From NCBI GenBank assembly GCA_043754535.1, contig JAYUUN010000084.1:1-64000 (forward strand): DNA of 64,000 nucleotides, in the 5' to 3' direction. The translations under genes were made by a program, and so were the position numbers. Source of the stretch: Chloroflexota bacterium (GTDB taxonomy: Bacteria > Chloroflexota > Chloroflexia > QHBQ01). The notes under the pieces are model-generated. The model was not told the origin of the DNA. It was given only the letters and a program-made list of their open reading frames with translations, and did not search any database. The first letter of the stretch is position 1. Every line of letters begins with the position of its first letter. Shown here piece by piece: positions 8,395 through 17,028 of this stretch.

Positions 8395-9448
8395 CCAACT
8401 CGACGCAAGCGGGCAGGCATTCGTTGCGGGCGCACGGGTGGCACGGCTAGCGACCAGTGACGCAGCGGGCGACCCATATCTCGTTACTGTCTGCTATGCC
8501 TGGGATGGAGAGCGCGCCTACATCCCCCTCGATGCCAAGCCGAAGGGGGTGGAGCCGAGCCAACTAAAGCGGGTACGCAACATCCTCGCCCGCCCCACCG
8601 CTGCCCTGCTCGTGGATTACTACGATGACGCGCACTGGGAGCGGCTGGCCTTCGTCCAGCTACGCGGGCCAGCCGCCCTGGTTGCGCCAGGCATGGCAGA
8701 ACACATAGCGGCGGTGACGATGTTGAAGGAGAAGTACCCCCAATATCAGCAGATGCCGATTGAGGAGCGACCTGTGATTTGCCTGACCGCCCAGCACAGC
8801 CATCAGTGGCAGTACGACCCCGCCTTGCCGCTACCAGGGCGGGCCAACGATTGGGCGGCGATCATCAGGGGGCGGCGGTCAGTTCGCAGCTACCAGGATC
8901 GCCTGCTCACCCGCCCGCAACTTGAGGCGATCCTGGCAGCAGGTGGCTATGCACCCTCGCCGCACGGTCGCCAACCCTGGCGGTTCGTGGTACTGACCAC
9001 CGCTGAGGCAAAGCGCACCCTCGCCGACGCGATGGCAGCAGAGTGGCAACGCAACCTGGAGATGGACGGGCAGGCGGCGGAGATCGTCAACATCCGCCTG
9101 AGCAAGTCGTATCAGCGCATCCTCGGCGCACCAGCGATCATCATCCCCTGCCTCTACCTCACTGACCTGGACGTGTACCCAGATACGGGGCGACAGGCGG
9201 CAGAGGCGACGATGGCGGTGCAGAGCCTCGGTGCAGCAGCCCAGAATATGCTACTGGCAGCTTACGCCCTGGGACTGGACGGTGGCTGGATGTGCGCCCC
9301 TCTGTTCTGCCCAGAGGTAGTGGTAGTAGCCCTCGGCCTCGACCCGCGCTTGACCCCACACGCTATGCTGACCTTCGGCTACGCCGCCGCCGACCCTAAG
9401 CGTCGCCCAAAGTTGCCGCTTGGCGACCTTGTGGTGCGCTGGACGTAG
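8387..9448 (+). CDS. Fusion of a PPOX F420-binding domain (Rv0121-like) and a nitroreductase (FbiE/FbiB C-terminal-like)
   Basis: N-half has ARVARLAT, LDAKPK, LKRVRNI and LVDYYDDAHWERL; C-half has RRSVRSY, APSPHGRQPWRFVV, QSLGAAAQN and WMCAPLFCP. Confidence 0.85.
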   Translation: MANQLDASGQAFVAGARVARLATSDAAGDPYLVTVCYAWDGERAYIPLDAKPKGVEPSQLKRVRNILARPTAALLVDYYDDAHWERLAFVQLRGPAALVAPGMAEHIAAVTMLKEKYPQYQQMPIEERPVICLTAQHSHQWQYDPALPLPGRANDWAAIIRGRRSVRSYQDRLLTRPQLEAILAAGGYAPSPHGRQPWRFVVLTTAEAKRTLADAMAAEWQRNLEMDGQAAEIVNIRLSKSYQRILGAPAIIIPCLYLTDLDVYPDTGRQAAEATMAVQSLGAAAQNMLLAAYALGLDGGWMCAPLFCPEVVVVALGLDPRLTPHAMLTFGYAAADPKRRPKLPLGDLVVRWT

Positions 9449-9449
9449 G

Positions 9450-9878
9450 TTAGTGGTAGGTCTGCACCCGCTGTGGTTCGCTGTTGGTCGGCGGGGCAAC
9501 CAGCAACCCCTCCACCTGGGCCAGCAGGCTGGGGATGTCGAACGGCTTGGCTAGCACATTGACGGGCAGGTAGCGCAAGCCTGCCGTTAGTTCGCTCACT
9601 CGCCGCGGGAGGCTGCTGCACACCAGCACGTGTACGCCCTCAAGTTCGCGCATCAGTACCATTTGTTGCAGGCTGTCTACGCAGCTTTCCTCGCAGGTGG
9701 GGCTATGGTCGAGCAGCACCAGGTTGGGCGATGTCGCCCGCAAGGTGCTAGCAAGGTCGGCAGTATAACCGCTGGTGCTGACCTGGTAGCCCTCCTCAGC
9801 AAGCAAGCTAGCCAGCATCTCCAATACAGTAGCATTATTGTGGATCAGCAGCACATGGTCGCCAGGTGTGTACATCAT
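9450..9878 (-). CDS. Single-domain response regulator receiver, atypical
   Basis: PNLVLLD and AKPFD retained; the acidic pocket reads IHNN instead of VDDD. Confidence 0.8.
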   Translation of the reverse strand: MMYTPGDHVLLIHNNATVLEMLASLLAEEGYQVSTSGYTADLASTLRATSPNLVLLDHSPTCEESCVDSLQQMVLMRELEGVHVLVCSSLPRRVSELTAGLRYLPVNVLAKPFDIPSLLAQVEGLLVAPPTNSEPQRVQTYH

Positions 9879-9947
9879 GTCACTCCTCCTCTAGCTTACC
9901 ACCTACTGCGTCGGGGGAGTAGTGCATGGCAAGCACTACTATTATAC

Positions 9948-9999
9948 CTGACCAAACTTACCAAACACCTTACCAAGCCACCTTACCAAAACCTTACCA
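9948..9999. repeat. Imperfect direct repeats CTTACCA (four, plus one CTGACCA)
   Basis: Units start at 9948, 9957, 9969, 9982 and 9993, adjoining a minus-strand TATAAT at 9941-9946. Confidence 0.75.
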
Positions 10000-10094
10000 T
10001 TTAGCACGAATCACAAACAACCAGCTTGCTAGCAGTAGGAGACAAAAGAAAGGGTCCAGTCGTGTTGACTTGCCCCCATCCGCCACCCACCCGC

Positions 10095-10138
10095 TCACAG
10101 CCGCAGCCGGGCGGCTCGTCGTAGCACAACTCTACCGC
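10095..10138 (-). pseudogene. Duplicated, internally deleted remnant of the NUDIX gene 3' end
   Basis: 10097-10115 is identical to 10522-10540; 10117-10138 matches 10582-10603 at 20/22; reads AVELCYD...AARLRL*. Confidence 0.8.
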
Positions 10139-10157
10139 CGTAAGCCTACCGTCGAGA

Positions 10158-10442
10158 TCAGCGCAGGGCGTTTACCAGGAAGAAGGCAACATAGGTTGGT
10201 AGAGCTAGAAAGGAGATCAGCTTTGCGGCATTAACCGCCTTCACTCCACCAAGTATGCGAGTCAAACAAGCCGTAGCTAGCAGCATCCAGGCCATTGGGT
10301 GAAACCAGCGCAGAATAAAGTAGCTGATTCCGTCTGCCCCCACTGCCTTCTGAACAGGCCAGACGAAGCAGTATGCCGTAGCAATAGCGACGCAGATGAA
10401 GAACAAGACGATCAGCGGAACACCAAAGAGTCGAACTGACAT
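10158..10442 (-). CDS. Small three-TM membrane protein, hypothetical
   Basis: Three hydrophobic segments; AGAGGG RBS; visibly more AT-rich than its neighbours. Confidence 0.65.
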   Translation of the reverse strand: MSVRLFGVPLIVLFFICVAIATAYCFVWPVQKAVGADGISYFILRWFHPMAWMLLATACLTRILGGVKAVNAAKLISFLALPTYVAFFLVNALR

Positions 10443-10519
10443 AGGTCTACCCTCTTTCTTAAGCTCTGCTCTTAGGAGTGATAGCTGGGGCTAAATGTTT
10501 CGCTGTGCCAAAGCAGTAA

Positions 10520-11074
10520 CTACAGCCGCAGCCGGGCGGCCCGCAGCATGGCGATGATCGTCAGGCCGTCGCTGATCCGCCCGTCGTAGCACATCTCGAC
10601 CGCTTCGACGAAGGGGATGCTGACCGACTCGAAGCCTGCCTGCTGCTCTGTCACCTCCAGATCGCTGTCCACCTCGGTCAACTGCTCGGCCAGGAAGGCG
10701 TGGGCGGTCACGTTGCTGATGCCAATCGCGGTATGAAAGCTGCCCAGCGCAGTCCAGCGGCCCGCCACCAGGCCTTGCTCCTCGCGCAGTTCACGCACGG
10801 CGCAGTGCAGAGGCGCGTCCGCATCCTCTGGGTTAAACGCCCCTGCCGCCAGTTCCAGTAGCGTCTCATTCACTGTGTAGCGATACTGTCGCTGCATCAC
10901 CACGTTACCCTCCGCCGTCAGCGGTACGACCACCGCACAGCCAGGGTGTTCGACCCAGGTGTAGGTGATCTCCGCGCCATTCGGTAGGGCGACCTGGTCC
11001 TGTTGCAGGTTGTACCACTTGCTGCTGAACAGCGTCGCGCGGCTGAGAGTGCGCCAGTACGTGCGCTCGCTCAC
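10520..11074 (-). CDS. NUDIX hydrolase (ADP-ribose pyrophosphatase-like)
   Basis: RQYRY, ELAAG...AVRELREEQG Nudix box and ISDGLTI. Confidence 0.9.
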   Translation of the reverse strand: MSERTYWRTLSRATLFSSKWYNLQQDQVALPNGAEITYTWVEHPGCAVVVPLTAEGNVVMQRQYRYTVNETLLELAAGAFNPEDADAPLHCAVRELREEQGLVAGRWTALGSFHTAIGISNVTAHAFLAEQLTEVDSDLEVTEQQAGFESVSIPFVEAVEMCYDGRISDGLTIIAMLRAARLRL

Positions 11075-11988
11075 TCTGCTACTACCTTGCTCCCGCTGGC
11101 GGGTTCAGGCAGCGTAGCGGCAGACTGCTTGCCCAGGCGACGCAGTTGACCGAGGATCAGGCGATCCTTGAGGCGATCAGGGAGCAGGCCGAGGATGAAA
11201 CGCAGCGGCACTTTGCTACCCACCAGATAGCGCGTCTTAGGTCGGCGGGCCGTGAGGGCGTGTAGCACAGCCTTGACTACTGTCTCTACTGGGGCGGCGG
11301 TGCGGCTTGCGTCGGCAGCCAGGTTGCGGACGGCTGCTATCTGCTTGCCGTAAAGGGCTTCTGCGCCAGGGGGCATCATGCTGCTGAGGCGGTCGGCCTC
11401 GGTCAGCGACTTGCTCCAGATCGGGGTGGCAATCGAGCTTGGCTCAAGCAGGGCAACGCGCACGCCGAAGGGGGCAAGTTCCATACGGAGGGCATCGCTA
11501 ACCGCCTCCATTGCGTACTTGCTAGCGCAGTACGGTCCAAACATGGGGACGGTGCTGAGGCCGCTGATCGAGCCGATGTTGATGATCCGCCCCCTGCGCT
11601 TCCGCAATAGCGGCAGGAACGCCTGGGTGACAGCCACCTGGCCCGTCACGTTCACCTCCATCTCGCGGCGGAACTCCGCTATTGGCAGGAACTCTAGTGG
11701 GCCAGTGATGGCGATCCCAGCGTTGTTGACCAGACCCGCCAGCCCCGTACCGCCCACTGCCACCGCCACCTGCGCCGCCGCCGCCGTGATCGAAGCAGCG
11801 TCGGTCACGTCGAGGATCAAGGGGTATAGTTGGCCCGCCGCTTCCTGGCGCAGGCTTTCACCATCAGCCTCCTTGCGTACCCCCGCAAACACACGATAGC
11901 CGAGTTCAGCCAGCCGCAAGCTGACTGCCCACCCGATACCCGTGGATGCACCCGTCACCACCACCGACCCAGGATGTGCCATCGCCAC
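11071..11988 (-). CDS. Short-chain dehydrogenase/reductase
   Basis: TGASTGIG, LVNNAG and YCASK motifs. Confidence 0.93.
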   Translation of the reverse strand: MAMAHPGSVVVTGASTGIGWAVSLRLAELGYRVFAGVRKEADGESLRQEAAGQLYPLILDVTDAASITAAAAQVAVAVGGTGLAGLVNNAGIAITGPLEFLPIAEFRREMEVNVTGQVAVTQAFLPLLRKRRGRIINIGSISGLSTVPMFGPYCASKYAMEAVSDALRMELAPFGVRVALLEPSSIATPIWSKSLTEADRLSSMMPPGAEALYGKQIAAVRNLAADASRTAAPVETVVKAVLHALTARRPKTRYLVGSKVPLRFILGLLPDRLKDRLILGQLRRLGKQSAATLPEPASGSKVVAE

Positions 11989-12051
11989 TTCTCTCCCTCA
12001 AGCGAGCGTGGTTGGTCACGCCCACAGAACACGCCAGCGGTTATGTTCGGC

Positions 12052-12918
12052 TCAGTGCTTCGATTGCACCAACCCTGCTGCTGTCTCCTCCGAGGGGAGC
12101 AGGTAGGGGATACCGTTCTTGATTGGGTACCACTTGCCGCAATCCTGGCAGATCACCTCGTTGGCAACGATCTTCACACTGCTGCCTGGGCAATCGGGGC
12201 AGGATAGTATCTTTTCGAGATCAACCTGCTTGACTGCATTGCGCTTGCTGCGCCGAAACTTCTGCACCAGCGGACGCAACTTGCGCGGCACTGCCGACTT
12301 GCCGAGCGTGCGGAAGGTCGTCAGCAGGCTTTGCAGTGGGCTACCCTTTGGCCGCGTCATTCGCAGCAGCGTCTTGCGATCCTCCAGCTTCAGCGGCGAC
12401 TCGTTAACCACCTTGATCTTGATCTCCCCTTCCCACTCATAACTCATCCAAAACACGTCGGGCGCACTGCGCTGGAAGCGTTCGTACCACGGGTTGTACT
12501 CGTAGAAGTAGTCGAACAGATCGCCGAAGATGTTGTTCGGCGTATCCTTGTGCTGCATAACGATGCTATCGCCAATGTGGTTGACGTACCACTTGTGGAA
12601 CGACCAGAAGAACATCTTCTCGGCTATCTCAGTGGGCGACTCGATGTATCCACGCTTGCTGACGCGCATCAACTCCTGACAGAAGCGTACTGGGTCGTCC
12701 ATATGCTCGATGATGTGGCTGGCGATCACGTAGTCGAAGGCTTTGTCCTTGAAGGGCAGGAAGTGGCCGTCGGCGCAAATCAGCGGGCGGTCAATCTGGA
12801 GATTGCCGCCGCGCTCGGTATTGTCGCTAATATAGCGATCCACCAACACGTCGCTACGTGGATTGGGGCGGTCGCCACTACCTACTTCCAATACCAGGTC
12901 GTCTTTGTTGATCCGCAA
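12052..12918 (-). CDS. Class I SAM methyltransferase with a C-terminal Trm112-like zinc finger
   Basis: VLEVGSG and LPFKDKAFDYVIASHIIEH; C-terminal LSCPDC...ICQDCGKWYPIKNGIPYLL. Confidence 0.85.
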   Translation of the reverse strand: MRINKDDLVLEVGSGDRPNPRSDVLVDRYISDNTERGGNLQIDRPLICADGHFLPFKDKAFDYVIASHIIEHMDDPVRFCQELMRVSKRGYIESPTEIAEKMFFWSFHKWYVNHIGDSIVMQHKDTPNNIFGDLFDYFYEYNPWYERFQRSAPDVFWMSYEWEGEIKIKVVNESPLKLEDRKTLLRMTRPKGSPLQSLLTTFRTLGKSAVPRKLRPLVQKFRRSKRNAVKQVDLEKILSCPDCPGSSVKIVANEVICQDCGKWYPIKNGIPYLLPSEETAAGLVQSKH

Positions 12919-12976
12919 GAAAGTATCTCCTCATCAGTTTGTTAAGCAGTCGCGCCAGGCTATGTTGGGCTGCACC

Positions 12977-13894
12977 TCACCCCACCGTGTGGGTGACCAG
13001 GCTGGGCCAGGGGGTTGCCTGCAACTTCTGGTGCAAAGTCTGGGCCGCCTGCTGATCATCATACAGGACGAAGAAGCCAGGGCCAGGGCCACAGTAGCGC
13101 ACCTCCGCCCCGCCAGCGGCCACGATGTCGCGGCGGCAATCCTCAAGCTCTGGGAAACGGATCGGAGCAGCCCACTCCAGGGTGCTGACCATCTCGGTGT
13201 AGGGTGGGCGTTCGCCAGCCCGTAGACTGGCAGCCAGCCGCTGGCTAACCAGGCCGTTGCCGAAGTTGTACCACTTCAGCATACCAAAGATGTCCATCAC
13301 CTTGTCCTTCACTGCGGCGTTCGAGTTGACGAGGACGGCCCAGAGTGGCGCAGGTGGTGGCGGCAACGGTGTCGCCTGCTGCCCAGCATCCTCCACCAGC
13401 GCGGTGCCGCCGAGCAGGAAATAGGCGACGTGTGGCCCGATCACGTCCGCGAGGTTGACGCTGGCGGCGTAGTCTAGCTTCAGTTCCCACAGTTGCCGCA
13501 GCCCCTTGATCGTCGCCGCCGCATCACTAGCCCCACCGCCCAAGCCCCAAAACAGGGGAATGCGCTTGGTCAGCGTAATATCCGCCCCCATTTGCACGCC
13601 CAGCACTTGCCGCAGCAGGTTGGCAGTGCGCACGATGATGTTGCCGCTGCCCTTGGGGGCGTTAACCTCCACCACACTCTCCCCTGCGAGAGGCAAGGTC
13701 ACATCCTGCTCAACCACCAGGTTGATCAACTTGTCGGTACGGGGGGCGAAGGTGAGAGTATCGTGCAGGGCAAGCTCCTGCATCACCGCTACGTACGCAA
13801 AGCGGTCACTCCGCTTCTCGCGCCTGCCCTGCACCTCGTAGGTGAGGGGAAGGCGGGCCGGTGCCTCAATCTCTAGCTCTAGACGCTCTGCCAA
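12977..13894 (-). CDS. Divergent IspE-like GHMP kinase
   Basis: KRIPLFWGLGGGASDAAA ATP loop and overall IspE layout; substrate and catalytic residues altered; TTG start after GGGAGG. Confidence 0.75.
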   Translation of the reverse strand: MAERLELEIEAPARLPLTYEVQGRREKRSDRFAYVAVMQELALHDTLTFAPRTDKLINLVVEQDVTLPLAGESVVEVNAPKGSGNIIVRTANLLRQVLGVQMGADITLTKRIPLFWGLGGGASDAAATIKGLRQLWELKLDYAASVNLADVIGPHVAYFLLGGTALVEDAGQQATPLPPPPAPLWAVLVNSNAAVKDKVMDIFGMLKWYNFGNGLVSQRLAASLRAGERPPYTEMVSTLEWAAPIRFPELEDCRRDIVAAGGAEVRYCGPGPGFFVLYDDQQAAQTLHQKLQATPWPSLVTHTVG

Positions 13895-13979
13895 TGCTCT
13901 GCCTCCCAGTTCGCGGGCTAAGTATAGCACATTTTGGGGTCACTCGCACGGTCGGGGCGATTCGTGGTTTGCAGTGCAG

Positions 13980-16124
13980 CTACTGCACTGTGGCCCAGTC
14001 CACCGCTACGCCCAGCTTGCGCGGGTCTTGGGGGCTGGCTGGTTGAGCGTCGGTTTGTAGGGTGATGATGTTAACGTTGGCAGCGCGGTTGGCAGCGAAA
14101 GTAAGTAGCTGCCAGTCGAGAGTCAGTCGGTAGTCGCCCACTGGCTGACCGTTGACCCTGATGCTGACTCGCTGCTGCTCGCGGCTGGCCCGTAGCTGCA
14201 AGGCTATCTGCCCGCCCTGGCCCGCTAGCCTCAGACTGGCCTGCTCTTTGCTCCAGCGGTATGTCACATTGCTCGCCTGCTCCGGCTCGTAGAAGCCGTC
14301 CAGGTTGCCATAGTCAGCTACGCCCACATCCAACCTGGTCGGTGCATCGCCGAGGTGCTGCCAGGCCCACGCCTGCGCCGCCGCCCGCTGCTTGGGGGTG
14401 ATGGTGGCGAAGGTTTGTTGGGCGGCGGTAGTGTCGCCCTGCGCCCTCTGCGCTGCGCCCAGGCTGAGGATCGCGGGCCAGTAGAGGCGGTCGGCCTCTA
14501 CCCCCTTCGCGTACTGCGCCGCCGCATCGTTCAGCTTGCCTAGCCCACGCAAGGTATCGCCCAGGCTCACGTACCAGTCAGCGGCATCGTACTTCGCCAC
14601 CGCCTGCTGCAAGAGGTTGACCCGCTCGCCCCCACTCGCCAGCCCCGCCCGCAGCCGCAGGTAGGCCGCCTGCCAACCGCTGCCGTAAGCGGGCAATTCG
14701 CCCCACGAACTAAAAAGCAGGAAGGCGATTGCCAGCAGCGCGAGCAGTTTGGCGCGCAGTCTGGCGGGTGCAGCGGCTTGACCCAGGGCAGGTTGGTCGC
14801 GCTGCCGTAGCCTGCGCCACCCTGCTACCAGCCAACCGCCAAACTCTAGCAGGGCATAGCCCGCCCAGGGTGCGAAAAGTACCAGGAAGGGCAGCAGGTA
14901 GCGGTACTCTGGGTGGGCCAGGGTGGTCAACAGGGTGTTGACCAGAGCAATGAGCAGCAGCAGTCCCTTTGCCGCCGCCTCACCTCGCGCCAGAGCCAGA
15001 CCCACCACTGCCAGGGCGAAAAAGAGCAGGTGGTAGAGACCCGCTGCCAGGCTGTAGCTCAGTTCGGCGGTGCCGCTGCTGCCAGGATACTTGTCGTGCA
15101 GCACAACCACGTACTCGCTGAAGCGGTCAACCTTCCAGGTATCTACTACGCGGGCGGTGGCGTTGGCAAGGAAGCGGGGCGGATCAGCCAGGATCGCCGC
15201 CAGGCCCGCACTCCCGGCGTAGCTTGCCCGCGCGGCCAGGTTGGGAATGCGGCCAAGCTGCTCCATCGTCGTCTTGCGCGGGAGGGTGCCATTATCTATG
15301 TAGAGGTTGATCTGCCCGGTCGTATCGATCAGGATCAACTGACCATAGGTTGCCAGGTTCCGCCCACTCCACGGTAGGATCAGGGCCAGCACGATAGCGG
15401 TGTAGATTGCCAACCGCACGAGACTGCGCCGCCAATCGGCCCGCTTGGTTAGCCAGAGTAGCCAAAACCAGAGTGCGGGCAGGAAGAAGAAGACTAGCGA
15501 ACGGGTAAGAGCCGCGCCCGCAAAGGTCAACGCGGAGAAGACGAACGCAGCACTCAAGTGAGGACGCACCTGCTCATCGGCCAGTGGCAAGAACGCCCGC
15601 AGCGTGAGATAGAACCAGGCGAGGGTAAGCAGCACGTATAGTTGCTCGCTCATGTACATATTGGTAAAGAAGACAAGCACCGGGCTGGCAGCCACCAGCA
15701 AGGCCGCTATTCCTCCTACTGCTGCCCGCGCTGGAAACAGCAAGCGAGCCAGCAGGTAGACCAGCCAGATGGTCAGCAGCCCCAGCAGCACTTGGCTGAG
15801 GCCGAGGGCCAGCAGGTTGCCGTCGCCATCCTTGCCAAAGAGGGCGAACACGCCCGTGCTGTAGAAGATGTAGCCGGGTGGTCGCAACCAGAGCCAGCGG
15901 TCGGGCAGGCCGCCACCGTTCGCCAGCGAGAGCGCACTGCCGAGGTAGTTACCCTCGTCGCGGATGAAGGGCGTACCCGTAGCCTGCCCATGCAGCAGCA
16001 ACAGCAGGCGCAGGCCGCCGCCCAGCAGCAGGGCGAAGCTGAGGCTGAGGCTAGCAGTTTTATTGGTAGAACGTGTAGGTTGGCTCACAGGCAGCAGGGT
16101 ATCATGTAGCCAGAACGCTGTCAA
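13980..16124 (-). CDS. GT-C/ArnT-like membrane glycosyltransferase with C-terminal TPR and beta domains
   Basis: RDEGNY...RPPGY, SEQLY and PWSGRN motifs, many TM segments, TPR-like helices. Confidence 0.8.
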   Translation of the reverse strand: MTAFWLHDTLLPVSQPTRSTNKTASLSLSFALLLGGGLRLLLLLHGQATGTPFIRDEGNYLGSALSLANGGGLPDRWLWLRPPGYIFYSTGVFALFGKDGDGNLLALGLSQVLLGLLTIWLVYLLARLLFPARAAVGGIAALLVAASPVLVFFTNMYMSEQLYVLLTLAWFYLTLRAFLPLADEQVRPHLSAAFVFSALTFAGAALTRSLVFFFLPALWFWLLWLTKRADWRRSLVRLAIYTAIVLALILPWSGRNLATYGQLILIDTTGQINLYIDNGTLPRKTTMEQLGRIPNLAARASYAGSAGLAAILADPPRFLANATARVVDTWKVDRFSEYVVVLHDKYPGSSGTAELSYSLAAGLYHLLFFALAVVGLALARGEAAAKGLLLLIALVNTLLTTLAHPEYRYLLPFLVLFAPWAGYALLEFGGWLVAGWRRLRQRDQPALGQAAAPARLRAKLLALLAIAFLLFSSWGELPAYGSGWQAAYLRLRAGLASGGERVNLLQQAVAKYDAADWYVSLGDTLRGLGKLNDAAAQYAKGVEADRLYWPAILSLGAAQRAQGDTTAAQQTFATITPKQRAAAQAWAWQHLGDAPTRLDVGVADYGNLDGFYEPEQASNVTYRWSKEQASLRLAGQGGQIALQLRASREQQRVSIRVNGQPVGDYRLTLDWQLLTFAANRAANVNIITLQTDAQPASPQDPRKLGVAVDWATVQ

Positions 16125-16127
16125 GCA

Positions 16128-16928
16128 TCAGCCCAGCCGCCAGGCGTAGTTGTCTTCGCTAAAGCGTTCGACGAAGCCAAGCCGCTGGTACATTCGGTAG
16201 CTATCATCCGACGGTTGCAGGGTGGCGTACTGGCAGCCACGCTCCCAGCCCATCTGCATCAAGGCAGCGGTGATCGCCGAGCCGATCCCCCTGCCACGAG
16301 CAGCCGGGTCGGTCGCCACATCGTAGATGCCAGCAACCTCTGCCTGCATCAGCACGGTGCCGCCCGCTACCGGTTGGCCGTCCAGGTAGGCAACGTAGGA
16401 TTGGTGCGCTGCATCGCTGGCGAAGCCCAGGCCCAGGTAAGCGTCGTAGTAGGTGGCAGCCTGCGCGGGCGTGGACTCGAAGCCGCGCCATTGGCTGATG
16501 TACCAGTCGGCTAGCTGCTGCGGGTTGCCAACCCGCTCAAGGCGCAAACCAGGTACGACGCGCAGGGCAGCCGCTGGCTGCGTCAGGTCGGCGATCATCC
16601 AGGGGCGGGGATCGATCCGCTTGAGGCCGTGCGCCAGCAGGTGTACGCCCAGGTCTGCCGGTTCACTGCTGGGGAATACCTGCCACCAGCCGTAGTGCGC
16701 TTCACGTTCGCGCATCGCCTCTAGCACCGCCGCTATCTGCCCGTCAACGTCGCCGCTGATGCGAGTGCGATGAACGCTCGTACCCGGCGGGCTGGGGGCG
16801 ATCAACCAGGCTACCCTGTCGTCAGCATAATGACTGATGGTTGGCAGGCTAGCGAAGGCGGTGAAGTATAGCTCGCAGTTGGCGCGCACTGCCTCAAAGA
16901 GGGCTAGCTCGCTCAGGTTGGTGGACAC
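16128..16928 (-). CDS. GNAT N-acetyltransferase
   Basis: IYDVATDPAARGRGIG and YQRLGF motifs. Confidence 0.9.
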   Translation of the reverse strand: MSTNLSELALFEAVRANCELYFTAFASLPTISHYADDRVAWLIAPSPPGTSVHRTRISGDVDGQIAAVLEAMREREAHYGWWQVFPSSEPADLGVHLLAHGLKRIDPRPWMIADLTQPAAALRVVPGLRLERVGNPQQLADWYISQWRGFESTPAQAATYYDAYLGLGFASDAAHQSYVAYLDGQPVAGGTVLMQAEVAGIYDVATDPAARGRGIGSAITAALMQMGWERGCQYATLQPSDDSYRMYQRLGFVERFSEDNYAWRLG

Positions 16929-17028
16929 AACGAGAACTCCTCTTGCTTACTGCTAGCATTGTAGCACGCCAGGAGAGGATGTGCATCGGGCTTGCGCTGT
17001 ATCTCCGCTCATTGCGGCCACAAGCAGA

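Noticed and set aside
9948..9999. CRISPR or iteron interpretation of the CTTACCA repeats
   Set aside because: Units are 7 bp with very short gaps, and there is no cas or rep gene
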